Source of the DNA: an uncultured Acidobacteriaceae bacterium
GTDB taxonomy: Bacteria > Acidobacteriota > Terriglobia > Terriglobales > Acidobacteriaceae
Length of the DNA stretch: 64,000 nucleotides
Reading direction: 5' to 3'
Assembly (NCBI GenBank): GCA_963813475.1
Contig: CAWEZM010000024.1
Span: 10,415 to 74,414, forward strand
The notes beneath the pieces are model-generated. The model searched no databases. It saw only the letters and a program-made list of their open reading frames with translations, and was not told the origin of the DNA. Shown here piece by piece: positions 9,484 through 19,215 of the stretch. Both the position numbers and the translations under genes were made by a program. The number at the start of each line of letters is the position of its first letter. The first letter of the stretch is position 1.

Positions 9484-10980
9484 ATGTCGCTGGGTAGATA
9501 CACACCGGGAGGCAAGAGGATGGAGAGTGCTTATGTGTCATCTGCAACGGTCTCGCCAGAACGACCGCGGTTCGTCGCAGACACGGAGAGTCCGGCGTTA
9601 TCACTGGCAGTGCCGATAACGGTGGCGATGGACCTGCTGGCAATTGCCGCGGGCGGAACAGCAGCTTTAGCGATAGGGCGAGTCTTTGGGAGGTTCACAG
9701 GCCGTAATTGCACATCGCAGCTGATCTCTTTTTGCGTTTTGTACGCAATGGCATTCGTTCTACTGGGGACGGGTGAAAATCTCTATAGAAACAAGCACAG
9801 CCTCTTGCGCGTGCTCGAGAGCTCTGCCGTGCTGCGGGTATCGACGTTCTCTTTGATACTGGCGCTTGCAGGGATTTATGTAACGACGCATGCACCGGCA
9901 GGCCGGTTGTTTTTTGGCGCCTGGTTGTTGGCGACCCCGGTCATCTTGTTGGCGAGACAGGTTATGCGACCGTTGATCTCTCGTAACAGCGCGCTTGATC
10001 TACGAAAGCGAAGAGTGCTGATTGTGGGTTCAGGATCGGACGCGCGAAGAATATTTTCGTTTCTCATCCATTCACCCGATCAGGATCTTCAACCAGTTGG
10101 CTTTCTCGATGAGCAGGGCTCGGAGCGTGATCGTGTCATCTACAGCCACGGTTATCGCTTCAGAGAGCATGCGCCGGTGCATTGCGGCCTCCTGGACGAG
10201 GCGCTGCTGGCGCGTCTGGAGATCTCGGACCTCATTCTGGCTGATCCACAGATGAGCCCCTCGCGGCGCGCTGAGGTCGGCGAACTGGCGTCGACTGTGG
10301 GCATTCAGATCTCGGACGTGGGACCCATGCATCCTAACGGTTTGCGCGGGCCGTCATTTTTCCAGTACATGGACGGCGTGGTGGTGCGCTCCTTCTTCCG
10401 CGGAAATGCGGATGGCTTTTCGGCATACGAGGTTCTGAAGCGCGTAATCGACTTCGTGCTTGCGTCAGGTATCGTCATAATCACCTTGCCCGTGTGGGCT
10501 GCAATCGCTATCTGGATCAGGTCGACCTCAAGCGGGCCGGTGTTCTTCCGGCAGGAGCGGATCGGGCGGTACGGCAAGGCGTTTGCGATATTTAAGTTTC
10601 GGACCATGTATACGACAGTGCCCAAGTACGGACGCTCGCCTGTGGACAGCCACGACCAGCGGATCACGCCTGCAGGCCGGTTTCTACGGAAGGCGAGCCT
10701 CGACGAGCTACCGCAGTTGCTGAATGTGCTGAAGGGAGAGATGGCGCTGGTGGGACCCCGTCCCGAGATGCCATACGTCGTAGAACAGTACACACCCTAT
10801 GAGGCTCAGCGCCTTAGCGTGTTGCCTGGAATCACCGGGTTCTGGCAACTGAGCGCTGATCGAAAGTTCGTCATTCACGAAAGTCTTGAGTACGATCTCT
10901 ACTACATCGAACACCGCGGGTTCTTCTTGGATATTGCAGTTGTGCTGCACACGCTAGTCTTCGCCATGAAGGGAATCTGA
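9484..10980 (+). CDS. Polyprenyl-phosphate sugar phosphotransferase (WbaP/EpsB-type priming enzyme)
   Basis: N-terminal transmembrane block followed by a Bac_transf core: GPVFFRQERIGRYGKAFAIFKFRTM, DELPQLLNVLKGEMALVGPRPE, PGITGFWQ. Transcribed divergently from the GT operon. Confidence 0.9.
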   Translation: MSLGRYTPGGKRMESAYVSSATVSPERPRFVADTESPALSLAVPITVAMDLLAIAAGGTAALAIGRVFGRFTGRNCTSQLISFCVLYAMAFVLLGTGENLYRNKHSLLRVLESSAVLRVSTFSLILALAGIYVTTHAPAGRLFFGAWLLATPVILLARQVMRPLISRNSALDLRKRRVLIVGSGSDARRIFSFLIHSPDQDLQPVGFLDEQGSERDRVIYSHGYRFREHAPVHCGLLDEALLARLEISDLILADPQMSPSRRAEVGELASTVGIQISDVGPMHPNGLRGPSFFQYMDGVVVRSFFRGNADGFSAYEVLKRVIDFVLASGIVIITLPVWAAIAIWIRSTSSGPVFFRQERIGRYGKAFAIFKFRTMYTTVPKYGRSPVDSHDQRITPAGRFLRKASLDELPQLLNVLKGEMALVGPRPEMPYVVEQYTPYEAQRLSVLPGITGFWQLSADRKFVIHESLEYDLYYIEHRGFFLDIAVVLHTLVFAMKGI

Positions 10981-11113
10981 AGCCACGCATGCTCTCGAAG
11001 GATTGTTCTGGGGCTTCGCCACGTAGAAGCCGACAGGCGGTCTCCGAGTTTTGGCGAGCTGATAAGCGGGCGCTCACCCTGCGGCCCTGCTTATCTGGGA
11101 CCCATGAAGAAGG

Positions 11114-11437
11114 CTAGATGCCTTCCAGGAGATCGGACATGCTCAAGCCGAAGCCGATCGCGATGACCTCCAGCAATGGCAAGGAGATCGCTTTTTTACC
11201 GCGCTCGACATCGCTGATGAAGCTGCGATCGATTCCGAACTCGATGGACATTTCAATCTGTGTCATGCCGCGAGCCTTGCGAAGTTCCCGTAATCGGATG
11301 CCGAAGCGGTCGACAATGTAAGTGGAAGAAGCCCGCTCCGCGGAAAGCCAGGAGACCGAGGATTGCCTAGGTGGCGGGCCTGGCGGAGCACTTGATCGAT
11401 TGCCCAAGGGGGAAGGAACAAAGCCGGTTGGATGCAT
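11114..11437 (-). CDS. XRE-family helix-turn-helix transcriptional regulator
   Basis: HTH_3-like IRLRELRKARGMTQIEMSIEFGIDRSFISDVERGKKAISLPLLEVIAIGFGLSMSDLL. The start is uncertain because of a Pro-rich 45-aa N-terminal extension. Confidence 0.75.
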   Translation of the reverse strand: MHPTGFVPSPLGNRSSAPPGPPPRQSSVSWLSAERASSTYIVDRFGIRLRELRKARGMTQIEMSIEFGIDRSFISDVERGKKAISLPLLEVIAIGFGLSMSDLLEGI

Positions 11438-12577
11438 GGTCGAACCTCGTGCGATTTGGGGATGCAGTGTGGAGTGAATCCACGGGGGATTTATGTTTCG
11501 TCTGGTTTGCGCAGTTCACCAATCTGATTAGGGTGAAGACATATTTCGGCATTGCCGTCAAAAGGTCTCTGACGAGGGAAATGCTCCAAGTTATGTCGCC
11601 GGCATCCTCGCTTCTTCTCCGTCGAGCTTGTTTGCGAGAAGATTGCAGGCCGTTGCTGGCAGCGATTTCAGATGCGCTTCAGAACTTCGGGTTCTATTGA
11701 TGGGGCCCAGCGGAATAGAAAAAGGTCGCTCAGTAGTGTTTGAGTTCGGGTTCCATCTGCACCCTATCCCGGGAATCAAGTGGACTCAAGACAGTCTTTG
11801 GTAACGTCGAAGTAACTACGTGAGAATTGTTTTGGCTTGTCGGTTCAAAGACCACTATCGTTAAAACACTTTATCGCGAGGACAGGCCCTCTCGCGGTGA
11901 ATCTTTGGTAACTTGTGGATAAAGCTTAAGTTGTCAGCGATGGCGAGAACACTGGGCCTCGCGCGCGAAATAAAAAGCTGGGATGATTTCGTCGAGTTTG
12001 GTCGACGCTGCAAGCTATGCGTTGAGCCTGAACTGGTCTCATAGCTATGTGGCGAGTCTCAGGTCGGCTGTGTGGGTGGTGACATCAGCGTAAACAGCAA
12101 TGCGCCTAATCAATCGGTACTCCTGCGGAGCTAAGTGATAAAAGAGTCGCTCGCGAGGGCGAGCTATGGAGGTGTGTCCAGGCTACGTCTCGGTTAGGTT
12201 CAGCCGTCCCTTCGGAGCATGTGGTATCAGGAGTCGATAGATACTGAATCCTCTCGGCATCTAAAACTGTTTGCGGCATCAGCAAATGTGATCGTGGGGG
12301 CGTCGCCGGGGCTACGCGGCATCGTTTTCGCCCCACGGCATGCCGGGCTGGTTCGGCGAACCCGGCGCACCTGTTCCTTCTGATCTGCTGCACCACAAAC
12401 TCCTGCGGGCTGAGTTTTTGGTAGCGCCTCCATCGAGAGCGGAATAGTGGTTGAGAGAACTGTAGCTGCCTCGGCTGCGCTTCCATGCTGTGGGGTGCCC
12501 GTCGTGGTCCCGCTCGGAATGTTCCTTGCTGCCGCTGATAGCATGGTGTCGCGTGATGGATGGCTTGGTGGTGCAGG

Positions 12578-14971
12578 ATGAAGCGTGGTGTTTCTGGTCT
12601 TGCTTTGGTGGTGTTGGTTGCCGGGGCGCTCTCCGGGATTGGGTTCGCGGCGGAACCGCTTTGGAAGGCTAGCTGGATCACGCATCCTACCGCTCCGCTG
12701 CGGGAACCGATCGTGCTCCATTTTCGGCGTACGTTGCAACTGGCTAGCAAGCCGGAGCGGTTTGTTGTTCATGTCAGCGCGGACAACCGCTTCATCCTCT
12801 ATGTCAATGGGCATCGGGTGGGCGATGGGCCTGCGCGCGGGGACCTGCCGCATTGGCGCTACGAGACCTTCGATCTGGCCCCGTATCTCTCCGCAGGCAC
12901 AAATCTCGTAACTGCAACTGTTTGGAACTTCGGGATTTATGCGCCGGCTGCGCAGATCACCGACCGCACGGCTTTCCTGGTGCAGGGCGATGGCGCGCTA
13001 GAAGCCGGAGTGAGCACTCCCACGGGATGGATGGTGGCTGTCGAACCGGGCCGCGCCCCTATTCCGCGAACGGCCGGCGGCGTCGACGGCTACATGGCCA
13101 ATGGGCCGGGAGAAGAGCTGAACGCCGCGACCTACGATTGGCAGTGGAATGATGCTGCCGACCCAAGCGGCGCGTGGGTGGCTGCCGCGAGCCCGATGCG
13201 GGAAAATATTTATCCTTCGGCGGCCCGCGCCGGGTTGGAGGGAGAACAGGTAGACAACTACTGGGGACTGGTGCCGGATGAGTTGCCGCATATGGCGTAC
13301 GCCCCGACGGACGCGGGTGCGGTGGTGCGGTCGGACGAGCCGGGCGCCAACGCGTTTCCCGCTAAGCCGGTGACGATTGCGGCGAATCGCCACGTGCATT
13401 TGCTGCTGGATCGCAAGACGTTGACCACCGCCTATCCTCAATTAACGGTTTCGGGGGGAAAGGGTGCGAACATCCGCTTGACGTACGCGGAGGCACTCTA
13501 CGACGCCCATCAGCAGAAGGGCGATCGGAATGAAGCGGGCAACCGGCAGGCGTTAGGAGTGCACGATAGCTTTCTGCCCGACGGCGGTGCGCATCGCACG
13601 TTTGAGCCGCTGTGGTGGAGGGTGTGGCGCTATCTGGACCTGGACATTCAGACGGCCGGTGAGCCGTTGACACTGGACTCGCTGCAGGCGGAGTACACGG
13701 CCTATCCCTTTGAGGAGCGAGCTTCGTTCGAGAGCAAGGATCCTGAGCTGGCGCAGATATGGGATATCAGCTGGCGAACGGCACAGCTGGATGCGCACGA
13801 GACGTATATGGATACTCCTTATTGGGAACAGCTACAGTATGTGGGCGACACGCGGATCCAGGCGTTGATCTCGTATGCGGTGACAGGAGACGACCGGCTG
13901 GCGAAGCAGGCGCTCAGGAGCTTTGATGACTCGCGCATTCCCGCGGGATTGACGCAGAGCCGCTATCCCACTGCGCAGCCGCAGATCATTCCTACGTTTT
14001 CCCTGATATGGATCGACATGCTGCACGACTATTGGATGTACCGGCCCGATGCTGCGCCGGCGAAGGCTGGATTGCCGGGCACGCGCACGGTGCTGGATTG
14101 GTTTGAGCAATACGAGCAGCCGGACGGTTTGCTGCGCAAGCTGCCGTGGTGGAGTTTTGTCGACTGGGTGTCGAGCGGAGAGTTGCCCACCTACGACGAA
14201 CACGGGGAATCGTGCACTACGACGCTGCACTACCTGGGAGCCTTGGAGGATGCGGCCGACTTGGAGCTGGCGCTGGGCGACCAGGATCGAGCTGCCCGGG
14301 AGAGCCATCGGGCGCAGCACGTGCGCAGCGGATTATATGAAAAATGCTGGGATGCGGGGCACAAACTGCTCGCCGACAATCCAGCCCACAATGCTTTCAG
14401 CCAGCAGACGAACGTGCTGGGAGTGCTTCTCGATGTGGTTCCTAGCGCGGAGCAGCAGGGCGTTTTGCAGCAAGTGATGACGATTGCTCCGGGCACAACG
14501 GCTAGAGGGATCCTGAGCTCGTCGTATTACTTTCGTTTCTACCTGGCGCGCGCCCTTGACCATGCCGGGATGGCCGACCAGTATCTCGCCAGCCTGAAGC
14601 CGTGGCGCGACCTGTTACCGCTGCATTTCAGCACCTGGCCGGAGACGCCGGGCCAGACGCGGTCTGATTCGCATGCCTGGAGCGCGCATCCGGCGTACGA
14701 CCTTCTGACGCTGGTGGCCGGGATCAAACCGGGATTGCCGGGCTTTTCCTCGGTCCGAATTGGGCCGCACATGGGCGACCTGGGCGAAGTGACAGCGGAA
14801 TTTCCACATCCTAAAGGCATGATTAAGGTGCACTTCGAGCGCAGCGGCAAGGGGCTGAGAGGGACGGTGACCCTGCCGCCAGGGCTCGAGGGGGTCTTCG
14901 TCTGGCAAGGCAAGGAACAAGCCTTGCACGCCGGAGTCAACGGGATTGCTGCTGTCGAGCCCGGGCTGTGA
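12578..14971 (+). CDS. Secreted GH78-like (alpha-L-rhamnosidase-related) six-hairpin glycosidase
   Basis: Signal peptide MKRGVSGLALVVLVAGALSGIGFAAEP. Rhamnosidase-N-like WITHP..LHFRRTLQL..HVSADNRFILYVNGHRVGDGP. Catalytic-domain-like MDTPYWEQLQYVGDTRIQ. Start moved to ATG 12578. Confidence 0.6.
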   Translation: MKRGVSGLALVVLVAGALSGIGFAAEPLWKASWITHPTAPLREPIVLHFRRTLQLASKPERFVVHVSADNRFILYVNGHRVGDGPARGDLPHWRYETFDLAPYLSAGTNLVTATVWNFGIYAPAAQITDRTAFLVQGDGALEAGVSTPTGWMVAVEPGRAPIPRTAGGVDGYMANGPGEELNAATYDWQWNDAADPSGAWVAAASPMRENIYPSAARAGLEGEQVDNYWGLVPDELPHMAYAPTDAGAVVRSDEPGANAFPAKPVTIAANRHVHLLLDRKTLTTAYPQLTVSGGKGANIRLTYAEALYDAHQQKGDRNEAGNRQALGVHDSFLPDGGAHRTFEPLWWRVWRYLDLDIQTAGEPLTLDSLQAEYTAYPFEERASFESKDPELAQIWDISWRTAQLDAHETYMDTPYWEQLQYVGDTRIQALISYAVTGDDRLAKQALRSFDDSRIPAGLTQSRYPTAQPQIIPTFSLIWIDMLHDYWMYRPDAAPAKAGLPGTRTVLDWFEQYEQPDGLLRKLPWWSFVDWVSSGELPTYDEHGESCTTTLHYLGALEDAADLELALGDQDRAARESHRAQHVRSGLYEKCWDAGHKLLADNPAHNAFSQQTNVLGVLLDVVPSAEQQGVLQQVMTIAPGTTARGILSSSYYFRFYLARALDHAGMADQYLASLKPWRDLLPLHFSTWPETPGQTRSDSHAWSAHPAYDLLTLVAGIKPGLPGFSSVRIGPHMGDLGEVTAEFPHPKGMIKVHFERSGKGLRGTVTLPPGLEGVFVWQGKEQALHAGVNGIAAVEPGL

Positions 14972-15287
14972 TTTGGGGAAGCTGGATTTGATTCCCATAG
15001 TATGTGTCTGCAAGTACCGGCAAAAATTGGATTTACAGGCACGCCAGCACCTAGAATGTTTGAGTAGCGGGTAACGGCTTTGGTTGTTACGCTGGTACCA
15101 GCCGCCAGCTGTGGATAAAGCATTTTTAACTTGTCCACATGGGCAGGATCACGGTAAGGTTTGGTTACCAAGGGGCATTTGTAAATATTCGCCGGACCCC
15201 CCTCCCCGTCGACTTGCCCGCTAAACGAAGCATCCAATTCTTGTTATTTGCAGTTTATTTCGAGTCGTGGAGTAAGGCGACACTGCC

Positions 15288-16373
15288 ATGAGAGGGTCGA
15301 TGAGCATTGCAATTATTACCGGTTCAGCCGGTCTGATTGGTTCGGAAGCAACCTCCTTTTTTGCCAAGCTTGGGCTTGATGTTGTCGGAATTGACAACGA
15401 CATGCGCAGCACATTCTTCGGCGCGGAAGCGTCGACCGCATGGAATCAAAGCCGGCTGAAATCCGAGCTGGGCAAGACCTACCGCCACTCCGACTTTGAC
15501 ATCAGGGACACGGAGCGTGTCAACCGGCTCTTTGCGGACCTGGGCAGCAATGTCGCGCTGGTGATCCACACGGCCGCGCAGCCGTCGCATGACTGGGCCG
15601 CTCGGGATCCCCATGTTGATTTTTCAGTGAACGCAGTGGGAACGTTGAATCTGTTGGAGGCGACGCGGCAGCATTGTCCAGACGCCCCGTTTATTTTCAC
15701 CTCAACCAACAAGGTTTATGGGGACACGCCCAACCGCCTGCCGCTGATCGAGCTGGATACGCGCTGGGAGATCGATCCCACGCACGAGTACTGGGTCGGC
15801 ATCGATGAGCGGATGTCGATCGACCAGACGCTGCATAGCCTCTTCGGCGCGTCGAAGGTCTCAGCGGATGTGCTGGTGCAGGAGTACGGCCGGTATTTCG
15901 GGATGAAGACGGCTTGCTTCCGTGGTGGGTGCCTGACTGGTCCAAACCATAGCGGGACTCAATTGCACGGCTTTCTGGCTTACCTGATGCGCTGCACGGT
16001 GACCGGGCGTCCGTACACTGTATTCGGATACAAGGGTAAGCAGGTGCGCGACAACATTCACAGCGCCGACTTGATCAATTGCTTCCATGAGTTCTTCAAG
16101 AAGCCGCGCAGCGGTGAGGTTTACAACATCGGCGGCGGCCGTTTCAGCAACGCTTCGATGTTGGAATCGATCCAGATATGCGAAGAGGTTGCGGGCAAAA
16201 AGCTGAACCACACTTACAAAGAAGATAACCGTACGGGCGACCATATCTGGTGGATCAGCGACACCGGCAAGTTCTCCGGGCACTACCCCGAATGGAAACA
16301 GAAGTACGACGTACGAGCGATTCTGCAGCAGATCTTCGAGAACAGCCGCGATCGGGTCGTGGAGGCCGTATGA
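15288..16373 (+). CDS. Extended-SDR NAD-dependent sugar epimerase/dehydratase (CDP-paratose/tyvelose 2-epimerase-like)
   Basis: Rossmann motif [15 protein letters not shown], then TSTNKVYGD, then [23 protein letters not shown]. The expected YxxxK reads FxxxK here. Confidence 0.8.
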   Translation: MRGSMSIAIITGSAGLIGSEATSFFAKLGLDVVGIDNDMRSTFFGAEASTAWNQSRLKSELGKTYRHSDFDIRDTERVNRLFADLGSNVALVIHTAAQPSHDWAARDPHVDFSVNAVGTLNLLEATRQHCPDAPFIFTSTNKVYGDTPNRLPLIELDTRWEIDPTHEYWVGIDERMSIDQTLHSLFGASKVSADVLVQEYGRYFGMKTACFRGGCLTGPNHSGTQLHGFLAYLMRCTVTGRPYTVFGYKGKQVRDNIHSADLINCFHEFFKKPRSGEVYNIGGGRFSNASMLESIQICEEVAGKKLNHTYKEDNRTGDHIWWISDTGKFSGHYPEWKQKYDVRAILQQIFENSRDRVVEAV

Positions 16374-17176
16374 TCGACCGCGGCAGGAGAAATCTTCTGG
16401 GGATAGCGATCAGCGCGGTGGATTACGAGTACGCTGTGGCCAAGATCATCGAAGACGCACAGGCAGGCCGCCGCTGTGCGACTACGGCGTTGGCAGTGCA
16501 TGGTGTGATCACGGGCGCGTTGGATCGCGCTCATCGCTATCGCTTGAACACGTTTGACCTGGTGACTCCAGACGGTCAACCGGTGCGATGGGCGTTGAAC
16601 CTGCTTTATGGGACCAAGCTGGGCGACCGCGTCTATGGACCGACCATGACGCTGAAGGTATGCAAGGAAGCGGCGTTGCAGGGGATCCCAGTTTATTTTT
16701 ACGGGAGCAGCCAGCAGGTGCTGGATAAACTCTGTGCGCGTTTGCCGGAGATGTGCCCCGGTTTGAGGATTGCGGGAGCGCATCCTTCGGAATTTCGGAA
16801 GTTGTCAGCGGAGGAGCAGAAGCTGGCGGCGGACCGGATTCGCGACTCGGGCGCGAAGATTGTTTTCGTGGGGCTGGGTTGTCCGCGACAGGAAGTTTTT
16901 ACTTACGAGATGAGCACGCAGCTTTCGATGCCCATGCTGGCCGTGGGCGCCGCCTTCGACTACCACGCCGGTCTGCTGGAGGAACCGCCTGCTTTATTGC
17001 AGCGGTTTGGTTTGCAATGGCTCTATCGGTTGGCACAGGAACCGGGACGGCTTTGGCGGCGTTATCTGTTCACGAACAGCCAGTTCGTTGGGTTGTTTCT
17101 TGCCCAGTGGCTTCGTTTGTGGCGGCCGGAGTTGGGGGATTGCGATCCTCCGCTGGCTGAGGTTCGGTTCGGCTGA
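16370..17176 (+). CDS. WecB/TagA/CpsF-family (GT26) glycosyltransferase
   Basis: [23 protein letters not shown].., [30 protein letters not shown] 16370 overlaps the upstream stop (ATGA), which suggests translational coupling. Confidence 0.85.
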   Translation: MIDRGRRNLLGIAISAVDYEYAVAKIIEDAQAGRRCATTALAVHGVITGALDRAHRYRLNTFDLVTPDGQPVRWALNLLYGTKLGDRVYGPTMTLKVCKEAALQGIPVYFYGSSQQVLDKLCARLPEMCPGLRIAGAHPSEFRKLSAEEQKLAADRIRDSGAKIVFVGLGCPRQEVFTYEMSTQLSMPMLAVGAAFDYHAGLLEEPPALLQRFGLQWLYRLAQEPGRLWRRYLFTNSQFVGLFLAQWLRLWRPELGDCDPPLAEVRFG

Positions 17177-17200
17177 AGCGGGTTAGTTGGGAATTAAGAG

Positions 17201-17237
17201 CGGGCGGCGTCGAAGACGCCGCCCGTTTTGTTTTTTG
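17201..17237 (+). terminator. Rho-independent terminator after the GT26 gene
   Basis: CGGGCGGCGTC-GAA-GACGCCGCCCG forms a perfect 11-bp GC stem, followed by TTTTGTTTTTT. Confidence 0.75.
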
Positions 17238-17648
17238 TGATCGACGCAGAATAATTCGGGGATTTTTGCCAAGCATGCGACCAAGCAAGGCGGCTCGAGA
17301 AAAGCGTCAGCGCAGGTGCCCGCATGATCGCGGAAAGCCCTAGCGGCGGATTGCACGGAAAGCGGAGCACACGAGCTGGAGAGCAAATCCTTCAGGCCAG
17401 CTCGTGGTATTCTTCTCGATGGTTCCTGCGATCCGCTCCTGAAGAAGTTGGATTGTGGGAGACCTGATCGCGCAGTGGGGCCCAAATCAGCGCAGCAATG
17501 CCGTCGAGAGAGTCGGTTGTTTGGCTGTGCTTCTGCTAACGGTTTTGACAGTTCCCGGCAAAGTGCTTCAACGCTTCTACAGCTTCCCCTGATTCCATTT
17601 CCGGTAGCTGTGGCAAAAGAGAACTGCTGGGCAACGCCAGGCACACTG

Positions 17649-19110
17649 ATGGTTTTAGATTATTACAAGCTGGAAGAGCAGCCTTTTGGAGTTACGCCCG
17701 ACTCCCGATACCTGTTTTTGTCACCCACGCACCGGGAAGCGCTTTCCTCTCTGATCTATGGGATTGAGTCCGGCTGCGGATTTGTCGCGCTGATCGCAGC
17801 GCCCGGGTCAGGAAAGACCACGCTGCTCTTCGAAGCGTTGAATATTCTTCGCGATAAAGCCCGTATTGTATTTCTGTTTCAAACGATAGCCACTCCACTG
17901 GATCTTTTGCGGTCTCTTCTCTCCGGCCTCGGCGTGCGTGACTTACAGGGAAGCCTGGTTGACCTGCAGATCAGGCTAAAAGACATCCTCAACGAACAAT
18001 ACCGTTTGGGAAAACGTGTGGTGGTGGTCGTTGACGAGGCGCAAAATCTAGACGATTCCGTGCTCGAGCTGGTACGAATGCTGTCAAACTTCGAGACCGC
18101 GCGCGACAAACTCATCCAGATCATTCTTGCCGGGCAGCCGCAACTGGCAGACAATATCGGCTCGCCGGAGCTCTTGCAGCTACGGCAGCGGATCTCAATA
18201 TTCGCCCGTCTTAAGCCCTTCACTCTGGAAGAGACGTGTCTCTACATCGCTCATAGGCTGCGCGTGGCCAGGTACAGCTCCGATATGCCGTTGTTTACCA
18301 GGGACGCGCTGGCACTCATTGCCCAGAACAGCGAAGGCATTCCGCGTAACATCAACAATCTCTGTTTTAATGCGTTGTCACTGGGATGTGCTCTGCAGCA
18401 GAAACCAATCGATCGTGAAGTTGTCCGTCAAGTGATAGCTGACCTTGATATTGGGTCGAGACGGCAAGGCCTGCCAGCGCCGCAGGCAGGGGAGAGCGGC
18501 ACAGAGAAGAACCCTGCAGTAGGTTTAGGGGCCAGCACACCATCCGTGTTTGCAGAATGGCTCCCAAAGGTCGCGGTTGCCGCTATGGTCCTGCTCGATC
18601 GTAGGCGGGGCGATTCTCGAGAGCCAGCGATGGCTAGGCCGCCCGGCGACACCGAAGCCCACCCCAACGGTCAGTGCGAAGCCCGAACCGCTCGCCGCTG
18701 TCCAGCCGGCTCCCTCTTCTGTTTCGCTACCCGATAGAGCCGGTCCAATCGCCGACCCGACCACTTCGCTACCTGATACCACTGCCGCCGCAGCGGAGAA
18801 CCGCCCGACCCCGATCGCCATCCCCAGTGTCCCATCTTCATTGATTGGAGATCGAACTCCGCGACCGCCGGATTCCGTAGGCATCGTTCAGGTGGCACCA
18901 GGGCAGACATTGCTCGGTATTTGTGTGGAGAAATTTGGAACATGTACGGCGGAGCTTTTGCAACAGATTCACCAGCTTAACCCTTCGCTCAACAATCCTG
19001 ACCACATCGAGACCGGTCAGAGTATTCGCATCCCGGTTTTGGCGGCGCAATCCAGCGCCGGCGAGCAGCCTCGCAAAACTCCGTCCGCTGAGACGGACTC
19101 GCTTAAGTAG
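17649..19110 (+). pseudogene. ExeA-like AAA ATPase with transmembrane segment, Pro-rich linker and C-terminal LysM domain; frame break near 18590-18597
   Basis: MVLDYYKLEEQPFGVTPD.., Walker A APGSGKTTLL, Walker B VVVVVDEAQNL. Frame 0 degenerates after ..KVAVAAMVLL into an Arg/Cys-rich tail. Frame 1 continues SIVGGAILESQRWLGRPATPKPTP... and ends in a LysM-like VQVAPGQTLLGICVEKFG..LNPSLNNPDHIETGQSIRIP. Confidence 0.7.
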
Positions 19111-19215
19111 GTCTTGGGACTTTCCCATAGGAAGTCGATCCTGATCGCGACCAGCAGTTACCTGGGGTGTGCACTAGCGTTGGTCCCCGAGCTCAGCCAA
19201 CGCAAAATCGTGTCG

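Noticed and set aside
11059-11097. Bulged hairpin (CTGATAAGCGGG ... CCCTGCTTATCTG) between the priming transferase and the XRE gene, as a bidirectional terminator
   Set aside because: The stem is interrupted, the loop is 14 nt and no T-tract follows on either strand. The support is too weak to annotate.
11940-12044. 34-aa small ORF (MARTLGLAREIKSWDDFVEFGRRCKLCVEPELVS) just downstream of a DnaA-box copy
   Set aside because: It has no Shine-Dalgarno sequence, no recognisable family and is too short to judge from sequence alone. It is mentioned only as something ribosome profiling could test.
12106-12853. Two overlapping minus-strand ORFs of 208 and 214 aa upstream of and overlapping the GH78-like gene
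   Set aside because: They have extreme Pro/Arg/Ser/Ala composition, overlap each other and overlap the signal-peptide region of a credible plus-strand gene. They are treated as non-coding.
17183-17644. 153-aa minus-strand ORF in the gap between the GT26 and ATPase genes
   Set aside because: It spans a strong plus-strand terminator, is Arg/Cys/Ser-rich and has no motifs. The region is more plausibly terminator plus promoter. A 10-bp-stem hairpin at 17370-17406 was noted but has no clear role.
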